Virus record (IMG/VR): IMGVR_UViG_3300045988_103368
Coordinates: 1-30,137 of that record
Length of the DNA stretch: 30,137 bases
Strand: one strand, 5' to 3'
From: a virus
In this document: in pieces, positions 17,660-23,883 of the stretch
How positions within the stretch are numbered: the first letter of the stretch is position 1
Layout: each line of letters begins with the position of its first letter
Notes under the pieces: generated by a model
Databases searched by the model: none
What the model was told of the DNA's origin: nothing
Seen by the model: only the letters and a program-made list of their open reading frames with translations
Position numbers and translations under genes: made by a program

Positions 17660-18086
17660 CTTCTTCGCCCCCTATATCATCAATAATAACGACAGGTCCG
17701 TCACTTTCAATCTGTGTCTTGTCGGTAAACAATGCGTAGTATTTACCCAACATTTCCGCCGCACGTAGCCTATCTTTGGCAGGTGGTTTTCCCTCTGTTA
17801 GTTTTTGAAAACCGTCACCGACAAATATCGGGATATTGTCAACGTTTTCGCCACGCAGTACCGCCGTGAGAAATTCTATAACTTCGTTTGCCTGTGCTGT
17901 GTTTTGCTCGTGCAGTTCTTTCAGACGTTCATCAATAGCCTGTTTGATTTCATCTTTTTTCATCAGCCGACTTGCCGCCTGCGGTGCTGTTTTTTCACTG
18001 TAACCTGCCGCAATAGCCGCCGCGGTCTGATTTCTCTTGACGTCATTTACATATGCGTCAACGAACATTTTTTCTTTTTTCGTCAT
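17649..18086 (-). CDS. terS: Terminase small subunit (Terminase_2 / P27-like).
   Basis: MTKKEKMFVDAYVNDVKRNQTAAAIAAGYSEKTAPQAASRLMKKDEIKQAI is the hallmark N-terminal HTH. GAGGTGAG SD. Confidence 0.92.
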   Translation of the reverse strand: MTKKEKMFVDAYVNDVKRNQTAAAIAAGYSEKTAPQAASRLMKKDEIKQAIDERLKELHEQNTAQANEVIEFLTAVLRGENVDNIPIFVGDGFQKLTEGKPPAKDRLRAAEMLGKYYALFTDKTQIESDGPVVIIDDIGGEEDGS

Positions 18087-18191
18087 AGTTTCTCACCTCG
18101 CTTTGTTAATATATTTTCCGCTGTTTTTTAATTCCTACCATTAACGCGCGCGTGTGCGTACGCAAACACCTTAACAAAACTTAACAAAAAA

Positions 18192-18386
18192 TTAAATAAA
18201 TCCGTTTTTTGTCAACGCACGTTCTAACGCTCTGCGCTTGTGCCGGCACTCACACCATTTACGATTATTAAATCGCCATTTGCATATGAATAGCCATTTT
18301 GAAAATTTGTATGTCAATCCGTATTTTTTTGATTGTTTGCGGCTTTTTTTATTTGTTTTCGTATTTTTTTCGTAATATATTTTCAT
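18192..18386 (-). CDS. Small, very basic protein (64 aa) of unknown function.
   Basis: ATG at 18386 (MKIYYEKNTKTNKKSRKQSKK...) with an AAAGGA SD. The ORF-track N-terminal extension runs through terminator 18406-18430. Confidence 0.5.
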   Translation of the reverse strand: MKIYYEKNTKTNKKSRKQSKKYGLTYKFSKWLFICKWRFNNRKWCECRHKRRALERALTKNGFI

Positions 18387-18405
18387 TGTTGGTCCTTTCT
18401 GCACT

Positions 18406-18430
18406 AAAAAAGCGGTGGAACTTTCCGCCG
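18406..18430 (-). terminator. Intrinsic terminator between the early/middle genes and the packaging genes.
   Basis: Minus-strand GCGGCGG-AAAGTT-CCACCGC followed by T6. Only 19 nt separate it from the ATG at 18386. Confidence 0.75.
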
Positions 18431-18439
18431 CTTTGTTTG

Positions 18440-18637
18440 TTACCATTCCCCACGTTGTATAAGACTGTTTATAGTTTTTATCGCATTTAAGTCGGGTGGA
18501 ATATGTTTCTTTATGACCTTGACTTTGCCTGTGTCTTTTTTATTTTTGTCAATGATTATTTCTTTTTCCTCTACTTCATACCCTGTTGCACGTTTCAACA
18601 AGGCATTTTTTATTTGCTCATTTACATCATTATACAC
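18440..18637 (-). CDS. 65-aa ORF resembling only the C-terminal end of HTH-type small-terminase-like phage proteins; possible remnant.
   Basis: GTG at 18637 with an AAGAGGG SD 7 nt upstream. ...LLKRATGYEVEEKEII...KKHIPPDLNAIKTINSLIQRGEW matches, from memory, the GYxxEE...PPD...W tail of such proteins. The N-terminal 55 aa of the track ORF overlap hairpins and the MTase. Confidence 0.5.
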   Translation of the reverse strand: MYNDVNEQIKNALLKRATGYEVEEKEIIIDKNKKDTGKVKVIKKHIPPDLNAIKTINSLIQRGEW

Positions 18638-18666
18638 TTGAAAACCCTCTTTTTTTGTAATATAAT
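18638..18666 (+). promoter_or_regulatory. Near-consensus sigmaA promoter firing rightward, antisense to the phage operon.
   Basis: TTGAAA (18638-18643), a 17-nt spacer, then TATAAT (18661-18666). Confidence 0.6.
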
Positions 18667-18671
18667 AATGC

Positions 18672-18767
18672 AGATAGTTAATGTTCGCGAATATATAAAC
18701 TATCTGCATCAGAGGTATGGCTCTGATGTATGGCGTGAGGTGTTCCCGCACCTCACGTCTTTTTTTA
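18672..18767 (+). ncRNA. Candidate antisense sRNA of about 95 nt (three hairpins, the last a rho-independent terminator).
   Basis: The start is inferred 6-8 nt after the -10. Hairpins are AGATAGTT...AACTATCT (18672-18705), CATCAGAG-GTATGG-CTCTGATG (18707-18728) and CGTGAGGTG-TTCCCG-CACCTCACG (18734-18757) followed by TCTTTTTTT. No SD-preceded ORF. Confidence 0.55.
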
Positions 18768-19781
18768 TTTATTAAACCATTGCAGATGAATTTGTTCTGC
18801 AATTCGTTTCATCATCAACGGTGGAACAGACATTCCGCATACATACTGTACCGACTGTCCCATAAAATTATAATCTTCGGGAAACGTCTGCATATGTATC
18901 ATATCCATATCGGATATATAACACGGTTTTTCATAGTAGACATACGCACCGCCCGACACCAATGTACTTGCCACGCGTTGTGCGTGACATATCTGTGTAC
19001 CGAAATTACTGTCTTTGCCCGTCAGCCGTTCGTTTATGTTTCCGATACTTCGGTCATTCGGTCGTCGGTGTTGCCAACGTTTATACAGTAATGTTGATGT
19101 ATTTATCGGTCTGCCGTTACCGTCACTGATTTCGCCGAACAGTATCGGTTTGTCATTGAAATTCAATGTCAGTTTTCCAAACTGCAAATCTTTCCGCCGT
19201 GATATGAAAAACACACGCTCACGGCGTTGCGGTACTCCCATAAATGCAGCATTTAATAAAAATATCTGCGTATCATAACCGATTGCCGATAATCGTTTTA
19301 TGATTTCGTTTACATATCCCTTCGCATTTCCCTGTACTATTCCTTTGACATTCTCGGCTACAATCACCTTCGGTTTTAGCATTTCGGCCACGTCGATAAA
19401 TTCAAAGAACAGGTCGTCCAATGTTTGTGCCGACTGTCCCTCTCGGAACACTTTTGTTTTGCCCCACGCCTTTTCTCTGTCGCCTGCAATAGAGAATGTA
19501 CTGCAAGGCGGTGAGCCGTCCAATATATCCAACTGATACAGTTCATCAGAAATATTCGCATATTTTTTGAATTGTCGTATATCCATACGATAGTTGTATT
19601 TTGGGTGATGATTTGCAACATACATTTTATTTATTTTTTCGTCAATTTCGCAGTTGCCTAACACCGTATATCCGGCTAATTTATATCCCATTGTTGACCC
19701 ACCGCCGCAGGAAAAACAACTGAACACATTCAATCCATTTTTCTGTACACGGTTTATATCACGTAGTTTCCATTTCCACAT
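18765..19781 (-). CDS. DNA (cytosine-5) methyltransferase.
   Basis: Motifs FSCFSCGGGSTMGY (I), GSPPCSTFS (IV), AENVKG (VI), QRRERVF (VIII) and GMSVPP (X). The start is ambiguous (GTG 19790, ATG 19787, ATG 19781). 19781 has the best spacing to AGGTGA. Confidence 0.92.
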   Translation of the reverse strand: MWKWKLRDINRVQKNGLNVFSCFSCGGGSTMGYKLAGYTVLGNCEIDEKINKMYVANHHPKYNYRMDIRQFKKYANISDELYQLDILDGSPPCSTFSIAGDREKAWGKTKVFREGQSAQTLDDLFFEFIDVAEMLKPKVIVAENVKGIVQGNAKGYVNEIIKRLSAIGYDTQIFLLNAAFMGVPQRRERVFFISRRKDLQFGKLTLNFNDKPILFGEISDGNGRPINTSTLLYKRWQHRRPNDRSIGNINERLTGKDSNFGTQICHAQRVASTLVSGGAYVYYEKPCYISDMDMIHMQTFPEDYNFMGQSVQYVCGMSVPPLMMKRIAEQIHLQWFNK

Positions 19782-19786
19782 ATTCA

Positions 19787-20263
19787 TCACCTGTTAAATT
19801 TAAACCCGCAACGTGGACAGGTGCACTCAAAATTATCGTCGTTATATTCATCTGCCGACAGTTCTTTTGATGTGTTGTCCAATGCCTCTTTAAATTCTTC
19901 ACTTATTTTTTCAAAACCGTATTCCGATAAATCCATATCTAACGCATACAGTTCTTCTTTCAATTTTTCATAGTCCCAGTCTGAAAATTCAGTTGTTTTA
20001 TTATCAACCAAACGGAACGCGTTGATTTGCTGTTCTGTTAAATCGTCTGCGACTATACACGGTATTTCCGTTATACCCAACTTTTCCGCCGCAAGCAAAC
20101 GTGTGTGTCCTGCGACGATTACATTGTTTTTATCTATGATGATTGGCACTCTGTATCCAAATTCTTTGATACTGTTCGCCACTTTATCCACGCTGTCAAC
20201 GTTAATGCGTGGATTGTTTTCATATGGTTTTATATCCGAAATATTTTTATTTACAATTTTCAA
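19787..20263 (-). CDS. ParB N-terminal-domain (ParB-like nuclease) protein with a C-terminal Cys motif.
   Basis: ISDIKPYENNPRIN...VIVAGHTRLLAAEKLG is the ParB/Srx core. Start moved to the TTG at 20263 (SD GAAAGGCGGA 7 nt upstream), because the track N-terminus reads through the motif copy. Confidence 0.85.
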   Translation of the reverse strand: MKIVNKNISDIKPYENNPRINVDSVDKVANSIKEFGYRVPIIIDKNNVIVAGHTRLLAAEKLGITEIPCIVADDLTEQQINAFRLVDNKTTEFSDWDYEKLKEELYALDMDLSEYGFEKISEEFKEALDNTSKELSADEYNDDNFECTCPRCGFKFNR

Positions 20264-20279
20264 TGTTCCGTCCGCCTTT

Positions 20280-20297
20280 CGTAATTGATTGGGATTT
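20280..20297 (-). repeat. Copy 3 of the 18-nt junction motif (CGTAATTGATTGGGATTT).
   Basis: Lies 10 nt after terminator 20308-20337 and 16 nt before the TTG start at 20263. Confidence 0.8.
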
Positions 20298-20307
20298 TCT
20301 CGCAATC

Positions 20308-20337
20308 AAAAACCGCCGTTTACACGCTACGGCGGTT
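20308..20337 (-). terminator. Intrinsic terminator after the sigma-like regulator gene.
   Basis: Minus-strand AACCGCCGT-AGCGTGTAA-ACGGCGGTT followed by TTTTTG. Confidence 0.8.
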
Positions 20338-20418
20338 CCCGATTGATAGAAGAAAAAAAGGAGAAAACCCTATTGTGAATTTTTCACATTACTATAATAA
20401 CACGAAATATACTCCGTT

Positions 20419-20826
20419 TTACTCCGCGTTTTTATTTTTTTGCAAATTTTTTAACGCTGATTTATGAATTTCGTATATTTTAGTTTTTTCAAAGTTCATT
20501 TTTATACAGATTTTATTTTCCTTCAGTCCTAATATGTATTTATATCGCAGTACCGCCTGTTCCTGTGGGTCCGACAGCTCCGCAATCGCAGTTTCGATTG
20601 TTTTCAACTTTTCCGCCGCCGTTGAATATTCTGTTTTATATTGTTCCTGTAAATCAATCAATTTGCAAATCAATTCAGATTTATCGGTTGACTTTCCGCC
20701 GCGTGGCATATCATTGACTATTGCCGTCACTTTATTGATTTGCGACTGCAATTTCTGTATTTGATATTCAATACTCTCTGCATTTCGCATTATTTTTCTG
20801 TATTCCTGTAATTCTTTTTGCGTCAA
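20419..20826 (-). CDS. ArpU/DUF1492-type phage transcriptional regulator (sigma-70 region-4-like HTH).
   Basis: N-terminal coiled coil, DMPRGGKS, and C-terminal ...QEQAVLRYKYILGLKENKICIKMNFEKTKIYEIHKSALKNL, as in late-gene activators of Firmicute phages. TTG start with an AGGGGG SD. Confidence 0.75.
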   Translation of the reverse strand: MTQKELQEYRKIMRNAESIEYQIQKLQSQINKVTAIVNDMPRGGKSTDKSELICKLIDLQEQYKTEYSTAAEKLKTIETAIAELSDPQEQAVLRYKYILGLKENKICIKMNFEKTKIYEIHKSALKNLQKNKNAE

Positions 20827-20843
20827 TGATATGCCCCCTGTTC

Positions 20844-20861
20844 CGTAATCGATTGCGATTT
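20844..20861 (-). repeat. Copy 4 of the 18-nt junction motif (CGTAATCGATTGCGATTT, the most divergent copy).
   Basis: Begins immediately after the stop TAA 20862-20864. Lies 17 nt before the TTG start at 20826. Confidence 0.65.
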
Positions 20862-21014
20862 TTAGTTTTTGTTTAACAGCCTGTGTTGTCCGTTTTTACT
20901 GACTATATACAAATATTCCGGTGTTTCTTTTTCAATTTTCCAATTTTCCGATTTTAAACCGTGTTCGGCAAGAAATAGTTTCTGCCGGCGGTTTGGATTG
21001 ATTAATCTTTTCAT
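20862..21014 (-). CDS. Small 50-aa protein (DUF6906-like by memory; not in the ORF track).
   Basis: ATG at 21014 overlaps the upstream stop (ATGA), with a GGAGGA SD. MKRLINPNRRQKLFLAEHGLKSENWKIEKETPEYLYIVSKNGQHRLLNKN resembles small conserved proteins of Clostridia mobile elements. Confidence 0.6.
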   Translation of the reverse strand: MKRLINPNRRQKLFLAEHGLKSENWKIEKETPEYLYIVSKNGQHRLLNKN

Positions 21015-21343
21015 TGATTTCCTCCGTTTTTTCTTCTGTCATTTTGTTTCATTCTTTGTATTGACCGTTTCCACGAATTCCGTATTATGTTATATTCTCT
21101 GTTTGATGTATCAATCGCAACAATAGAATTTCTTAACTTTGTTTTGTTCATACTGACATCTAAAATATCACGACTTCCGGCAAACGTCAGTACATAAACC
21201 TGTTTTTTGTACCGACGTGCATAATCGATAATACATTCATTGAACAGTGCTTGAAATGTCATTTGTGACGTTATGCGTTTCAAATCACCCGCCTTTAATT
21301 TTCGTATGTATGGTTTCATAAATTTTGATTTATATTTTCTCAT
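21011..21343 (-). CDS. Hypothetical basic protein (110 aa).
   Basis: GAGGGAG SD before the ATG at 21343. No family recognised. Confidence 0.6.
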   Translation of the reverse strand: MRKYKSKFMKPYIRKLKAGDLKRITSQMTFQALFNECIIDYARRYKKQVYVLTFAGSRDILDVSMNKTKLRNSIVAIDTSNREYNIIRNSWKRSIQRMKQNDRRKNGGNQ

Positions 21344-21365
21344 TTGCTTATTTCTCCCTCGTTTT

Positions 21366-21716
21366 TTATATCATTTCATTTCCGTACTGTTTTAGCGAAC
21401 CGTATACCGTTGCTACTGCTATATTTAATTCTTTGCTTATTTCTTTAATCGTGAACCCTTGGTTTTGTAAAAACACAATTCGATTATGGTATATATACCG
21501 TTTATTGTTACTTCGTGACTGTGGTTGCGGTTGTTCACCGTTGCAGATGTACACCCATTCGGGACGTACACCTTTTTTCAGTGCCTCGGTGACATTATGC
21601 CACGCCTCGTTGATACAGGAAACAGAACACATTTGTATTTTAAATGGTTTACCACTGTTTTCGTCGATTTTTTCGTTCATCATTTTTCCACATACTGAAC
21701 AATATGTCTTTCGCAT
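21366..21716 (-). CDS. Zinc-ribbon plus C-terminal HTH DNA-binding protein.
   Basis: CSVCG...CSVSC Cys pairs. The C-terminal IVFLQNQGFTIKEISKELNIAVATVYGSLK resembles resolvase- or sigma-r4-type HTH. GAGGAGG SD. Confidence 0.65.
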   Translation of the reverse strand: MRKTYCSVCGKMMNEKIDENSGKPFKIQMCSVSCINEAWHNVTEALKKGVRPEWVYICNGEQPQPQSRSNNKRYIYHNRIVFLQNQGFTIKEISKELNIAVATVYGSLKQYGNEMI

Positions 21717-21767
21717 TTTTGGGCCTCCTCTTTTATCAATCTTTTTTTATTTCTTTTTTCCTCTCTT

Positions 21768-21938
21768 TCAATATATTGTGATTTCTTTACCGTATATTGT
21801 GATTTCTTTTTCCTTGTCGTCGACTTCTATACTGTCTTTGGTTACATATGAATAACCTTCATCCGCCAACACTGTATAACTGCCCTTGCCAACTTCAATT
21901 AATTCGTTCGCAAATTCTTGTAATTCCTGCACCGTCAT
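21768..21938 (-). CDS. Small 56-aa protein (not in the ORF track).
   Basis: ATG at 21938 overlaps the upstream stop (ATGA). Ends with the duplicated KEITIYGKEITIY, encoded by a 16-bp direct repeat. Confidence 0.5.
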   Translation of the reverse strand: MTVQELQEFANELIEVGKGSYTVLADEGYSYVTKDSIEVDDKEKEITIYGKEITIY

Positions 21939-22390
21939 ATTTCTTCCACCTTTCCTTTTAATGTTTCTTTTACCGCCGCAAACAATTTGTCGTATTTCTC
22001 CGACCCCTCAACCGCCGCAAGTGCGGTTTTAACCGCTATAATACTGTTTTGTGCCTGTTCAAAACACATTTGCAGTTTAACCATTTTTTCATTACTGCCT
22101 AACAGTGATTCTTTCTGCAGTTTTTCAATGGTCTTTTTTAACTCCTCGTTTTCTTTTTCTGCCGCGTCAACCTTTTCCTTTTCGCTCGAAACATCATCTT
22201 GTAGCTTTTTGTACTGTTGTTCCGCATTTTTCGCCTTTTGTTTCGATTTTTTGGCTGCTTGCTCCGCTTTTTCCGCCGCCTGTGGATTGTTTCTGATGAT
22301 GTCTTTCAACTGTTCACCAACATAATACGGTGCAGTATTTTCCTTTCCTGCCTGTTGCCCCTCTATCTGTTTTATGACCGTGTTTATCAT
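21935..22390 (-). CDS. Coiled-coil protein of unknown function (151 aa).
   Basis: ATG at 22390 (MINTVIKQIEG...) with a GAGAGGAAAAACA SD. Lys/Glu-rich heptads. Confidence 0.65.
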   Translation of the reverse strand: MINTVIKQIEGQQAGKENTAPYYVGEQLKDIIRNNPQAAEKAEQAAKKSKQKAKNAEQQYKKLQDDVSSEKEKVDAAEKENEELKKTIEKLQKESLLGSNEKMVKLQMCFEQAQNSIIAVKTALAAVEGSEKYDKLFAAVKETLKGKVEEI

Positions 22391-22409
22391 TGTTTTTCCT
22401 CTCTTTCTT

Positions 22410-22427
22410 CTCAATCGATTGGGATTT
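22410..22427 (-). repeat. Copy 5 of the 18-nt junction motif (CTCAATCGATTGGGATTT).
   Basis: Overlaps the stop TAA 22426-22428 of the upstream gene. Lies 19 nt before the ATG at 22390. Confidence 0.8.
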
Positions 22428-22983
22428 AGTCGGTTATTTCAATTTGACCGCCATTATCCATAAAATTTGTTTCATAGTTGCGTTTGAATCCGTCACGAAT
22501 TATTCCCGCAAATTCGGTTAGTTGTTGCATATTCAGTGATGTGGCTGTGATTATTCCTACGCATATGCCACGCGATACAACAAATATATAATCTAATGCA
22601 CCGCGTGAATAATATTCAACTGCAAATTCATCACGGAATACAGTTATATATTTTGTGTTCAATACCATAATTCTGCCGTCGGTTCGTGTGAATAATTTGT
22701 ATGTATCCCCACCTGTGCCGATAGTAAACGGCAACGCTGACAATTGGTCTAATTCATCAACGTTTATATCCTCACAGTCTACATCTTCATACGCCGTATA
22801 GTTTTCACGTCTACCCTCATCAACACCCATTGCCGTATAATAATCGTCAATGCTCCACTTCGGACTAATTCCTTGTACTAATGCAGTGACTTCGCCGGCA
22901 GACAAATATTTTTTGTCGCCGTACTGCACCAATGATAAATATTTATTCTTTTTGCAAAATTGTAAAATGTACTTTAGTTTCAT
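22426..22983 (-). CDS. Hypothetical protein (185 aa).
   Basis: ATG at 22983 (MKLKYILQF...) with a GGAGGCGG SD. The track N-terminal extension has no SD. Confidence 0.65.
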   Translation of the reverse strand: MKLKYILQFCKKNKYLSLVQYGDKKYLSAGEVTALVQGISPKWSIDDYYTAMGVDEGRRENYTAYEDVDCEDINVDELDQLSALPFTIGTGGDTYKLFTRTDGRIMVLNTKYITVFRDEFAVEYYSRGALDYIFVVSRGICVGIITATSLNMQQLTEFAGIIRDGFKRNYETNFMDNGGQIEITD

Positions 22984-23000
22984 TTTTCCGCCTCCTATCG

Positions 23001-23141
23001 CTAAAATGTTACGGCTATATTTAAAACCGCCGCCGCAATCCAATACACTACTTTTCGCCCATCCCCCGTAATCGTGTACGGGATTGCTGACATCAGTTGT
23101 ATAACTATTAATGTCAGCGGTAATATTTTTTCTTTTGTCAT
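23001..23141 (-). CDS. Small hydrophobic peptide (46 aa, two predicted TM segments; not in the ORF track).
   Basis: ATG at 23141, 9 nt after GAGGGGG. MTKEKILPLTLIVIQLMSAIPYTITGDGRKVVYWIAAAVLNIAVTF. Fills an otherwise 160-nt gap. Confidence 0.45.
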   Translation of the reverse strand: MTKEKILPLTLIVIQLMSAIPYTITGDGRKVVYWIAAAVLNIAVTF

Positions 23142-23145
23142 AATT

Positions 23146-23718
23146 TTATACCCCCTCTATATCAACCTTTGTGCCGTCCTCGTATTCCAAAAATCGGACG
23201 GACCCGTCATATATAACCTCAAATTCGTCTATATCTTCGTGCAACAAGAACTTTTTGCCATAATATTTTTTCATATTGTCCCACGCCTCAAATGGAACGG
23301 TATAGAATTTTTCTTGGATATTGACCGCCACAAACACAACGGCACCCATTTTCTTTTGCTCACGCAGCCACTCCATTTGTGTATCTGTAACCGCATTTCT
23401 TTGAATGCGGCTTTTTTGAGTACTTTTTGCCTCAAATGCGATAGCTCTACCGCCTTTTAGCACTCCCTTGAAATCCGGCTCGGCTCTTCCTGTGAACCGC
23501 CCCATAAATTTGTTGCCGTTTGTTTTCTTGGTAACTATATATGGCTCATTCACCTTGTTGATGATTGCAATACCTTTTTGACGGTAGTAATTACAACCAC
23601 GCATCAACAGACTTTCAAATGCTCTGCCTCTTGCAGAACTCTTTTTATTTCTCAATACTTGTTCGCCGTCTGCATTTCTGTTTTCATCAATCAATGCTCT
23701 GTATTCTTCCGCTGTCAT
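23146..23718 (-). CDS. recU: RecU-type Holliday junction resolvase.
   Basis: GRAFESLLMRGCNYYRQKGIAIINKV and PDFKGVLKGGRAIAFEAKST (D...EAK nuclease core) match RecU. The start is uncertain (ATG 23718 or TTG 23754). Confidence 0.85.
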   Translation of the reverse strand: MTAEEYRALIDENRNADGEQVLRNKKSSARGRAFESLLMRGCNYYRQKGIAIINKVNEPYIVTKKTNGNKFMGRFTGRAEPDFKGVLKGGRAIAFEAKSTQKSRIQRNAVTDTQMEWLREQKKMGAVVFVAVNIQEKFYTVPFEAWDNMKKYYGKKFLLHEDIDEFEVIYDGSVRFLEYEDGTKVDIEGV

Positions 23719-23881
23719 TTTTTCCACTGCTTTGTCCTCGCTTTCTCTGTTCAATCTTGTTTAACATTGTACATTTTTCTAATGTTTTTATATCTTCCGC
23801 CGTTGCTCCGGGTGCGTTACCGCAGATCCGAATTATGCACGGTGTATCTTCATACTTGCACCCCTTACAGCCGTCATTCAT
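23687..23881 (-). CDS. Possible small Cys-rich protein (64 aa).
   Basis: ATG at 23881 follows the Rep stop by 2 nt, with an AGGCGGTG SD. MNDGCKGCKYEDTPCIIRICG.... The 3' end overlaps the recU start region by at least 32 nt, so it is doubtful. Confidence 0.3.
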   Translation of the reverse strand: MNDGCKGCKYEDTPCIIRICGNAPGATAEDIKTLEKCTMLNKIEQRKRGQSSGKNDSGRIQSID

Positions 23882-23883
23882 CT

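Noticed and set aside
18503-18775. 90-aa plus-strand ORF, and its internal 36-aa ORF starting at the ATG at 18668.
   Set aside because: The ATG lies only 2 nt after the -10 hexamer, so it would sit upstream of the transcript start. There is no SD. The sequence is fully explained by three hairpins plus a terminator (the sRNA candidate).
20370-20398. Plus-strand TATAAT at 20393-20398 as an antisense promoter downstream of the sigma-like gene.
   Set aside because: No acceptable -35 lies at 16-18 nt spacing, and there is no downstream terminator or ORF. It is likely a chance hexamer in AT-rich DNA.
21325-21855. 176-aa plus-strand ORF. The similar 180-aa ORF at 23578-24120 was treated the same way.
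   Set aside because: Each spans two or more well-supported minus-strand genes in antisense. They have no SD and a hydrophobic, junk-like composition.
23066-23088. Sixth, degenerate look-alike of the junction motif (AATCCCGTACACGATTACGG) with nearby hairpins.
   Set aside because: It matches only at the flanks. It lies inside the 46-aa hydrophobic ORF (23001-23141), which accounts for the region.
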